This document shows, one piece after another, positions 56,312 to 64,000 of a DNA stretch of 64,000 bases. The DNA is from an uncultured Pseudomonadota bacterium (GTDB lineage Bacteria; Oederibacteriota; Muellerivitia; Muellerivitales; Muellerivitaceae). Every line of letters begins with the position of its first letter. Within the stretch, counting starts at the first letter, position 1. Below the pieces are notes generated by a model that worked only from the letters and a program-made list of their open reading frames with translations, was not told the DNA's origin and ran no database searches. A program made the translations under genes and the position numbers. The stretch is from contig CAVYRH010000010.1 in assembly GCA_963770835.1 (NCBI GenBank), positions 96,001-160,000 on the forward strand, in the 5' to 3' direction.

Positions 56312-58582
56312 GTGAACCAAGACAGTCATCCGACGGTGGCGGAAAACCGCGGCGGGTTCATCTCTTTGGGGATTGGGCTGGGTTGGGCATCTTGGGTTTT
56401 CTTTAGTTATTTTCTTTCCAAAACCCATCCCTTGCTTCAGGCCTTGTCCTTTACGGCAAAACTGCTGGATACCGATTCCGCTCTCCCTTCTTCAGGCCAA
56501 AGGTTTTGGGAAATCCAATGGGAATCACTCCGGATATTATTAACCGCTTTCGGCATCTCGGGCGCCACATGGGTTCTGGGCCTTCGGATCCGACGATGGC
56601 TTTCCCTGGAACTGCCCGATCCTTGGGTCCGCTTTGCCTTTGATTTCGGTCTGGGGGTTTGTTTCTTAAACCTTTTTTGGATCGGAACCGGCCTGGCGGG
56701 GCTTTGGTACAAGCCCGTCTGGATGGCGGCGGGACTGCCGCTCCTCTTGCCCCTTGTGTTCGAAATTTTTTCGCTTTTCAAAAAAGGGATCCGCGGGTTT
56801 TTCCCAAAGGAGGCCAGCCTCACTTTTCTTTTCCTTGCGGGTGCCTTCTATTGGATTTTTACCGTCCTTCAAAACCTGGCGCCTGAAACCTTTTACGATT
56901 CGATGGTGTACCACCTGGCTGTGCCGTGCTATTGGTTTTTCCACCACGGCCTCGCGGATTTTCCGACGAATTTTTTTTCGAATTATCCCTACGGCGCCGA
57001 GCTTTATTTCCTGACCGGCTTGGCCTGGCAGGGAACAGAATGCGCCAAGATATTACACGCCGTTGCCACCGGCGTTTGCGCCCTGCTGGTGGGCGGTTGG
57101 GCGAGGGAAATAGGGGGTGCGAAGGCAGGCTGGCTGGCTTTGGGGTTCACCCTCACCCTGCCGCTCCTTACCGTCAATAGTTGGAGCACTGAAGTGGAGG
57201 GGTTCCTATCCCTTGCCGTCGTGCTTTTCATTTACGCCCTTAATCGTCTCGCGGTGGAAAAGACCCAGCCCATGGTTTGGGCTTTGGGGACGGGTCTTTT
57301 CGCGGGGCTGGCCCTTTCCACCAAATACACCGCATTTTTGGTCGTGGGAGGAGCCCTACTCGTTTTGGCTATTCAACGGATTCGTTTATTTAAAAGAGAA
57401 AATTGGAGGCTTTGGTTGGTCCTGGCATTGGCCAGTCTGCTCCTGATAAGCCCCTGGATTTTTAAAAACCTCATTTTTACTGGAAATCCCTTCTTCCCTT
57501 ACTTGATGGCCCATTTTCCGGGCCGGCATCTTCTCCCCGAGGGGTATGAACGCTTATTGCAGGAACAGCATGCCCGTGTGACCACCGACGGCTGGTCCTG
57601 GCTTTTATTGCCTTGGACCCTCACCATGGCCAACCCCGATAGTTATAACTTTTGTGGGCCCCTGGCCCTGGCATTAGTGCCCTTTCTCTTCATGTTCCGT
57701 CTTCGCCATCCGGCGTTACGGTTCCTGGCAGCCCTTATTCCGCTCCTCTTGGCCGCCGGTTTTGCGGTCACCCACATCCTTCGTTTCGTGCTTCCAGTCT
57801 TTGTCCTTTTGAATATCCTCGCCGGGTCGGTCTTGGCAGGAGGGGACAAGCCAAACTGTGGAAAGGGATGGGCTTGGGTCGGGGGCTTTTGCGCCATCTT
57901 TTGTTTCGTCTATCTAAGCGTAATCAGCTATTACTATTATTCCTGCGCTGGCATTTGGTCGGGAAAACAAACTAGGGCCGAATACCTCATGAGTCCGGGC
58001 AAAATAACGCCCTATTACGATACCGCCCAATGGATCAACCAGAACCTACCTCCGGAGGCTCGCCTGCTGGTCGTTGGGGACGCCCGCGGGCTTTATTACG
58101 ATAGGCCCTTCCTCACCAACAGTGTTTTTGACGAACAAGAATTATCAAAGGCGGCAAAGCAGGAAACGGCCCCTGGAGGGATCGCCCGACGTCTGAAGGA
58201 ACTGGGCGTAGATTACCTGGTGGTGAACGGGGCGGAAGGCATCCGCGTGGCTGTCGACTATCACCACTACGACCTGACTTCCGAACAATGGAAAAGGCTG
58301 GATGATTTCATCCAACAAGATACCGAGGTGGTTTACCAGCAGGGGCTCCAGGGGGTATACCGTATTCTTTCATCGCCAACCGCTTCCCACCGGGCCGAGA
58401 CACTTGATTTGATTTTGTTCTTTTCTAAACCTGCGTCGCAATTTGTCAAGGACGTCCAACGGCACCAATGGGGCGAGGCGGAGGAGAATTTGAACGAAGC
58501 TTTGAGTTTGTATCCTTTCTCGAAATTTTGGGAAGCGCAAAAAGACCAATTCGACCAATCGATGAAGGCTGTTGTTAATTGA
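56312..58582 (+). CDS. Polytopic membrane protein, GT-C (ArnT/PMT-like) glycosyltransferase; paralogue of the upstream gene
   Basis: ETFYDSMVYHLAVP, GLALSTKYT, WIFKNLIFTGNPFFP, LPPEARLLVVGDARGLYY. Confidence 0.78.
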   Translation: MNQDSHPTVAENRGGFISLGIGLGWASWVFFSYFLSKTHPLLQALSFTAKLLDTDSALPSSGQRFWEIQWESLRILLTAFGISGATWVLGLRIRRWLSLELPDPWVRFAFDFGLGVCFLNLFWIGTGLAGLWYKPVWMAAGLPLLLPLVFEIFSLFKKGIRGFFPKEASLTFLFLAGAFYWIFTVLQNLAPETFYDSMVYHLAVPCYWFFHHGLADFPTNFFSNYPYGAELYFLTGLAWQGTECAKILHAVATGVCALLVGGWAREIGGAKAGWLALGFTLTLPLLTVNSWSTEVEGFLSLAVVLFIYALNRLAVEKTQPMVWALGTGLFAGLALSTKYTAFLVVGGALLVLAIQRIRLFKRENWRLWLVLALASLLLISPWIFKNLIFTGNPFFPYLMAHFPGRHLLPEGYERLLQEQHARVTTDGWSWLLLPWTLTMANPDSYNFCGPLALALVPFLFMFRLRHPALRFLAALIPLLLAAGFAVTHILRFVLPVFVLLNILAGSVLAGGDKPNCGKGWAWVGGFCAIFCFVYLSVISYYYYSCAGIWSGKQTRAEYLMSPGKITPYYDTAQWINQNLPPEARLLVVGDARGLYYDRPFLTNSVFDEQELSKAAKQETAPGGIARRLKELGVDYLVVNGAEGIRVAVDYHHYDLTSEQWKRLDDFIQQDTEVVYQQGLQGVYRILSSPTASHRAETLDLILFFSKPASQFVKDVQRHQWGEAEENLNEALSLYPFSKFWEAQKDQFDQSMKAVVN

Positions 58583-58616
58583 AGGTCCGGACAGAAATTT
58601 TTTAAAGGATGCCCGA

Positions 58617-60506
58617 ATGACCGATCGTATTCAAAAAACTTTATTGGCCCTTCTGATCCTTTGGGTGCCGCTGTCCTTTTTCGGGCGGGCGGCGGATGGC
58701 TTTACGCTCGCGAAAGAGCTGGTGGCCGCAATGGTCATTGCTTTTTTTGCGGTCCGAATCGCTTGGGAGGGCCGTTGGGTTTTTCGTCAGCCTTTAATAC
58801 AAGTTTCGCTGTTATTTGTTCTTTGGATGATTCTTGATTCCTTCGGTGTGGGCCTGCTGAAGATGGAAGTCCTGAAAGGGTCCGTCCATCTTCTCTTAAT
58901 AGCGGGAACCCTCTTGGCAGTGGTCTTCGCCTCTTCCCGAGGTTTTTCCTATGAGAAGGCTGTCCGTTATGCCCTCCTGGCCGGCGCCTTGACGGCCCTT
59001 TACGGGATCGCGCAAAGCCTGGGGGTGGACCGGGGAAATTGGACGACCCAATTTGAACGGCGGGCTTTCGCCACCCTGGGCAACCCGGACTACCTGGGGG
59101 GCTACTTGGCCGCCCTTCTCCCCATCTCCTTCATCTTCCTACTTCGTGATTTTGGCAAGAAAAGCGCCTGGCTTTGGCTGAACGCCACCTTACTCATGGG
59201 GGCGGCGATCTTCGCCACCCGCGTCCGGGGCGCCGAAGCGGCGGCCCTAGCAGGCTTTTTGTTCCTTGCAATCGTCCTATTTACACCCTGGGGAAGGGAA
59301 TTGGCCCGGCGGAACCGGCTTTTCCTTAGGGTCAGCCTAGCCCTAGTTTTATCCCTCGGGGGGATTTGGACAGCCCTTCATTGGCAGTCCTTCAGCCGGT
59401 CTCAAGTTTCGGTCCAACAACGCGTGGATACTTACAAGGTGGTTTGGGAGATCGTGAAGGACCATCCCTGGCTTGGCATCGGCTTGGGCCAACTGGGGGT
59501 GGAAGTTCCCCTCTATCAATCCAAGCCTTGGGCTCCCGGCGACTATTCAAGCCACCCCTATACCTATACCGAGCACGCTCATAATGAGTTCCTTCAGTTT
59601 TGGGCGGAAGGGGGCTTGCCCGGCCTTCTTCTATTTTTGGCCGTATTGGCGGCTTTCGCTTGGGTGGTAGGACGTTTTTTGAGGAACCCCGAATCGAAAA
59701 ATGAGGATAAGGAATTGTTGATGGGGGTGACGGGAGGCCTCGTCGCTTTGATGGTCCAGTCCGTAAGCAACTTCCCCCTCCAGGTGGCGCCTACGGCGGT
59801 CCTCTTCGGGCTTTTTCTGGCGGCGCCTTTGGCCCTAAGAAAGACCGCCCAAGTTCCCGCGCCTATTTCCGTTCCAGTAGCTCAAAGGGTTGTATTGGTC
59901 CTGGTTGCTTCCCTTACGGCCATCATTGGATTAAGGGCGGTGGGGGCTTCCATCGCTTTCCGTGACACGGTGGGGGAAAGCAATGTCGGGCATGGGCAAC
60001 TTGCGGCTGAATACGGAGCGCGGCTGGTCTCTTTCTCGCCCATGAACCCTAAGGCTTGGAACGCCTATGCCAAGGCCCTGGAAGTAGCGAAGCAACCCGA
60101 CCAGGCTTACCAGGCCTACCAAAAGGCCCTGGACTTGAATCCCAACTACGTCGAGAACATCTTACCGATGGCGGATATACGGGTCCAGCAAGGGCGGTTC
60201 GCCGAGGCCGTGGACCTGTGCCGGCAAGCCCTGGCCATAACCCCCAATTACGCCGCCATGCTCTGGCCCCTGGCCGTGAGCCAATTCGAACTGAAACAAT
60301 ACGACGAATCCGCCAAGGCCTTCGAAAACTATTTGGCTTACGTCCCGAACGACTTCCAAACCTATTTGAACCTGGGGGTTTGCTATATCCAATTGAAACG
60401 CAAGGCCGACGCCATCAATGTCTGGAAAAAAGCCTACTCCTTGAACCCCAGCGATCCGCAAGTGGTTCAATACTTGAAATCCCAAGGCGTGAATCCGACT
60501 CCTTAA
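58617..60506 (+). CDS. O-antigen ligase (Wzy_C) family protein with C-terminal TPRs
   Basis: ATLGNPDYLGGY, R...Y......KDHPWLGIG, HAHNEFLQ.WAE.G..G; four to five TPRs. Confidence 0.9.
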   Translation: MTDRIQKTLLALLILWVPLSFFGRAADGFTLAKELVAAMVIAFFAVRIAWEGRWVFRQPLIQVSLLFVLWMILDSFGVGLLKMEVLKGSVHLLLIAGTLLAVVFASSRGFSYEKAVRYALLAGALTALYGIAQSLGVDRGNWTTQFERRAFATLGNPDYLGGYLAALLPISFIFLLRDFGKKSAWLWLNATLLMGAAIFATRVRGAEAAALAGFLFLAIVLFTPWGRELARRNRLFLRVSLALVLSLGGIWTALHWQSFSRSQVSVQQRVDTYKVVWEIVKDHPWLGIGLGQLGVEVPLYQSKPWAPGDYSSHPYTYTEHAHNEFLQFWAEGGLPGLLLFLAVLAAFAWVVGRFLRNPESKNEDKELLMGVTGGLVALMVQSVSNFPLQVAPTAVLFGLFLAAPLALRKTAQVPAPISVPVAQRVVLVLVASLTAIIGLRAVGASIAFRDTVGESNVGHGQLAAEYGARLVSFSPMNPKAWNAYAKALEVAKQPDQAYQAYQKALDLNPNYVENILPMADIRVQQGRFAEAVDLCRQALAITPNYAAMLWPLAVSQFELKQYDESAKAFENYLAYVPNDFQTYLNLGVCYIQLKRKADAINVWKKAYSLNPSDPQVVQYLKSQGVNPTP

Positions 60507-60647
60507 CCGGAAGCGGTGGAGCTCCAAAACCCGACAAAAATAACGCCTTTGTCCTGAAAAGTTGTTTTCCCTCCACCCCAATGTTAAATTAAATGGAAGA
60601 AAGGGTGTTTTTCGGCTTTGGCCGGGGAATGCTATGAAGGTTTCGCC

Positions 60648-62846
60648 ATGGGTATCCAGGCACTGTTAGAAAAATCGCCTACCGTCAGTACCTCCGCGCC
60701 CGAATCCTCCCTGGATCGCCCCCTCATCCAAAAAGCCTATGAGTTCGCCAAGAAAGCCCATGAGGGCCAACAACGCCTTTCCGGGGACGCCTACCTGACC
60801 CATCTGGTGGGAGTGGCGGACATCCTGGCCGAGCTCCACATGGACTCGGTCACCATCGCGGCAGGCCTGTTGCACGACATCCTGGAAGACACCAAGGTCA
60901 CCTACGACGAGCTGAAAGCCGAGTTTGGCGAGGAAATCGCCAACTTGGTGGAAGGCGTCACCAAAATCTCCACCCGCCAGTTCCAAGACACCACCCTGCG
61001 CCAGGCCGAAAGCACCCGCAAGATGCTGGTAGCCATGGCCAAGGACGTCCGGGTCATCCTCATCAAGCTGGCCGACCGCACCCATAACATGCGTACCCTC
61101 GACTTCCTGCCGCCCGACCGCCGGGAAAAAATGGCCCGGGAAACCCTGGATATCTACGCCCCCCTAGCCCACCGGCTCGGGATCGCCAAGATCAAGGGCG
61201 AGTTGGAGGATCTCTGCCTGAGGTACCTGGAACCCGACGTTTACCAGGATCTGGTCAAGAAGATCGCCATGAAGCGGTCCGAGAGGGAAAAGGTCCTGGC
61301 CCAGGTCATCGAAAGCATCGCGGTCAAGCTGAAAGAGGCGGGCATCTCGGCCCAGGTCCAGGGCCGTTCCAAGCATTTCACCAGCATCTACCACAAGATG
61401 AAACAGCAGCAGAAAAGCTTCGATGAGATCTATGACCTCATGGCCATCCGGGTCCTGACCAATACAGTCAAGGAATGCTACGAGGTCCTGGGGATGGTCC
61501 ACACCATTTGGAAGCCCCTTCCGGGCCGTTTCAAGGATTACGTGGCCATGCCGAAGAACAACATGTACCAAAGCCTCCATACTACCGTCATGGGTCCCGA
61601 GGCCCAGCCCCTGGAAATCCAGATCCGCACCTACGAAATGCACCGTACCGCCGAGGAAGGCATTGCGGCCCACTGGATTTACAAAGAAGGCCGCGCCGTG
61701 GAGAAAGAAGACCAGAAATTCGCCTGGATGCGGCAGCTCCTGGACCTGCAACAGGACATCAAGGACAGCAGCGAGTTTGCCGAGGCCATGAAGGTGGACC
61801 TCTTCGAGGACGAGGTCTTCGTCTTCACGCCCAAGGGCGAGGTGAAGGAACTGCCCAAGGGCGCCACGGCGCTGGACTTTGCCTACGCCGTCCACACGGA
61901 CGTCGGCACCCATTGCATGGGGGTGAAGGTGAACGGCCAAATGGTGCCGCTGCGTTACGCCCTGAAGAACGGGGACATCGTGGAAGTGTTGACCCAGTCC
62001 TCCCGCACCCCCAGCCGTGATTGGCTGAAGATCGTCGTCACCAGCCGCGCCAAAAACAAGATCCGCCATTGGTTCCGGACCCATCTTTCCGCCGACGAAA
62101 TTGACAAAGGAAAACACCTGTTAGAAAAGGAAGCGGTTCGGCTGGGCGTGGATTTCAACGCCGCACTGAAATCAGGGGCGGTGGAGGGGCTGATCGGAAC
62201 CTTCGGCTGCCACAGCCTGCAGGAACTCCTGGCCAATACGGGCCACGGCGAGATATCGCCCAAGCAAATCCTGAACAAATTGGCCCCCAAGACCCTGGTG
62301 GAAGAACACCCCAGGGTCGAGAAGCACGAGGACAAGCCGGCGGAAACCAAGCCCGCAAAGGGATCATCCCCGGCTCCGTCATTGGTGGCGGCCCCCGGAA
62401 AGGGCATCTCCATCGGAGGCCAGAAGGATTTCCTCATCCGTTTCGCGCGTTGCTGCACCCCCGTCCCCGGCGATCCCATCGTGGGCTACGTCACAAGGGG
62501 CCGGGGTGTCTCCATCCACCGCACCGACTGCCCCAATACCCTCCAATTGCCGGAGGGGGAAAGCCGCATGATCCCCGTTTCCTGGGAAGGGAACGTGGGC
62601 CAGGTTTACGAAGTGGCCGTCGAGGTCAAGGCCAAGGACCGCGAAAAGCTCCTGGCCGACATGCTCCTGGCGATCTCGGAGGAAGGCGTCATCATCAACG
62701 AGGCCAACGCCAAGGCCTCGGAGGGCGGCTGGGCCCAGGGTTATTTCGTCATCGGCATCTCCCAGTCCGACCAGCTGGAAAAAGTGTTGAAAAAACTGCA
62801 GAGGGTCAAGGGCGTGGTCAGCGCCCAGCGTATCGAACCCCGGTAA
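60648..62846 (+). CDS. rel: Bifunctional (p)ppGpp synthetase/hydrolase, long RSH
   Basis: HD motif LLHDILED, KLADRTHNMRTL, RFKDY, YQSLHT, EIQIRT, TGS (DFAYAVHT), CC.PVPGD, ACT domain. Confidence 0.97.
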   Translation: MGIQALLEKSPTVSTSAPESSLDRPLIQKAYEFAKKAHEGQQRLSGDAYLTHLVGVADILAELHMDSVTIAAGLLHDILEDTKVTYDELKAEFGEEIANLVEGVTKISTRQFQDTTLRQAESTRKMLVAMAKDVRVILIKLADRTHNMRTLDFLPPDRREKMARETLDIYAPLAHRLGIAKIKGELEDLCLRYLEPDVYQDLVKKIAMKRSEREKVLAQVIESIAVKLKEAGISAQVQGRSKHFTSIYHKMKQQQKSFDEIYDLMAIRVLTNTVKECYEVLGMVHTIWKPLPGRFKDYVAMPKNNMYQSLHTTVMGPEAQPLEIQIRTYEMHRTAEEGIAAHWIYKEGRAVEKEDQKFAWMRQLLDLQQDIKDSSEFAEAMKVDLFEDEVFVFTPKGEVKELPKGATALDFAYAVHTDVGTHCMGVKVNGQMVPLRYALKNGDIVEVLTQSSRTPSRDWLKIVVTSRAKNKIRHWFRTHLSADEIDKGKHLLEKEAVRLGVDFNAALKSGAVEGLIGTFGCHSLQELLANTGHGEISPKQILNKLAPKTLVEEHPRVEKHEDKPAETKPAKGSSPAPSLVAAPGKGISIGGQKDFLIRFARCCTPVPGDPIVGYVTRGRGVSIHRTDCPNTLQLPEGESRMIPVSWEGNVGQVYEVAVEVKAKDREKLLADMLLAISEEGVIINEANAKASEGGWAQGYFVIGISQSDQLEKVLKKLQRVKGVVSAQRIEPR

Positions 62847-62862
62847 ATTTGTATTACAATCT

Positions 62863-63909
62863 GTGACTATGAAACTAACATTTGCTGTTTTCTTTTTTCT
62901 GACGATTTCTGTCTCTGCCGTCTCTTCTGCACAAATTACTCCGGTTGTTCCTTGGCAAACCTGGATGCCCCAATATGAAAAATTTTTAAATCACCCAAGT
63001 GGAAACTTATTGAAAGTTCTCGACGAATATCAGGTACCAGACAGAGAAGGAGACGAGTTTTTTAAGGATCTAAAAGGCAAATATGTTGAAGATGAAAACG
63101 AAGAAAGGATTTTCCTAAACGAATTAGCTGCGGCGGAACCTGTTGTTGTTTCGTCAAAATTGAATGATGGAAGAATAGTTTTGGTTATTTCCTTTTTAAA
63201 AGATGGTCCTGTTTTTAGCGGTGTTTTTTTAGGTGAGAAAGGGAAGTTGACTTATTTAGGCATGGTTACAACGGATGGCCAATACGAAATGTTTAAACCT
63301 ATGATTTTTGAAGGGCCTCAAAAAGTATTTGTTTTTCTCGGGAATCAAACTAATGGTGGTACGGGGATAGCGGCTTATGATTACGACGTATACCAAATTG
63401 AAAGTGGGAAATTAATTTCTGTTTGTAATATTCCATTGGAAGGTTCAACAAGTGAATGGTTGCCATATTTGACCGTTGACTATAAATCGGAATTCAGAGC
63501 TGTAAAAAGGGATTTCCGTGACCAATTGCAGGTAAAAGTGAAATACAAATTCGGAATTGATGTATTTGAATTTACGAACACGGGTGGGTGCATAACCGAT
63601 AAAACGCCGGATAGTGATTTTCTCTTGTTTGATGACGAGTTGGTTTTTAATTATGATCTCCAATATTTTCCGATGGGAAATGAGAAAAACAAAACTGTCT
63701 TCGAGAAAAATTGTGCTTCAGCTACTACTGAATTGAAGAACTCAACCTTTCTTCAAGACCATTTTGGAAAATTAAAAATTCTAGCCAAAAGTGGGACAAA
63801 ATCTCAAAAATGCTGGCTACAGGAACTCTTAAAAGATAATGAAGTCAAGAAGATGAAGGATTCACATTATCGCGATGAATTAGCAACAATTTTAAATGGA
63901 AAGATCTAA
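62863..63909 (+). CDS. Secreted hypothetical protein; AT-rich gene
   Basis: 348-aa ORF with signal peptide; markedly lower GC than rel. Confidence 0.75.
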   Translation: MTMKLTFAVFFFLTISVSAVSSAQITPVVPWQTWMPQYEKFLNHPSGNLLKVLDEYQVPDREGDEFFKDLKGKYVEDENEERIFLNELAAAEPVVVSSKLNDGRIVLVISFLKDGPVFSGVFLGEKGKLTYLGMVTTDGQYEMFKPMIFEGPQKVFVFLGNQTNGGTGIAAYDYDVYQIESGKLISVCNIPLEGSTSEWLPYLTVDYKSEFRAVKRDFRDQLQVKVKYKFGIDVFEFTNTGGCITDKTPDSDFLLFDDELVFNYDLQYFPMGNEKNKTVFEKNCASATTELKNSTFLQDHFGKLKILAKSGTKSQKCWLQELLKDNEVKKMKDSHYRDELATILNGKI

Positions 63910-63959
63910 GAATGTTTATCAATAATTCTCTTAGGTATTTAGAATTTGGAGGTTAATTA

Positions 63960-64000
63960 ATGGACCGTAAAATTATTAAAACCGACAGGGCGCCGGTGCC
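63960..64000 (+). CDS. 5' fragment of a RidA/YjgF family protein, truncated by the window edge
   Basis: SD GGAGG then MDRKIIKTDRAPV, resembling the RidA N-terminus. Confidence 0.6.
   Translation, partial: MDRKIIKTDRAPV

Noticed and set aside
1..64000. Alternative genetic code, selenoprotein, prophage or transposon
   Set aside because: Conserved genes read intact in the standard bacterial code, MsrA uses Cys, and no integrase, transposase or phage genes were seen

Overview
Chromosomal window from a GC-rich, probably diderm bacterium (it has a PorV-like beta-barrel, lipoproteins and BON proteins). The Thr/Pro-rich secreted proteins with YPNP...KLLILK tails resemble those of candidate lineages such as FCPU426; this taxonomic guess is unverified. 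1-12.5 kb is a surface/secretion region: a large T/P-rich multidomain protein, msrA, a SET-domain protein, an orphan flgE, an ECF sigma factor with a membrane anti-sigma ending in a FlgD-Ig/T9SS-CTD-like domain, an NHL-repeat protein with a CTD, and a PorV-TPR fusion. 12.7-24.8 kb holds an ABC-2 exporter (ATPase frameshifted) and housekeeping genes (FKBP, pfkA, hisN-like, paiB, GT2, glpK). 25-48.5 kb is a complete dcw cluster (mraZ to ftsZ) with two STAS genes lacking the phosphoacceptor Ser inserted after mraZ, followed by a deacetylase, an amidase and pgeF. 49.5-64 kb holds LacI, Ogg, an apparently ATPase-dead NtrC-like regulator, HU, two GT-C paralogues plus an O-antigen-ligase-TPR, rel and the start of ridA. 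Degenerate heptamer arrays occur at several gene junctions. No rRNA, tRNA, CRISPR or transposase was seen. The best candidate for a new system is the ECF sigma / CTD-bearing anti-sigma / CTD cargo / PorV module, which may couple a T9SS-like export pathway to transcription. All family calls are by eye from motifs; no searches were run.
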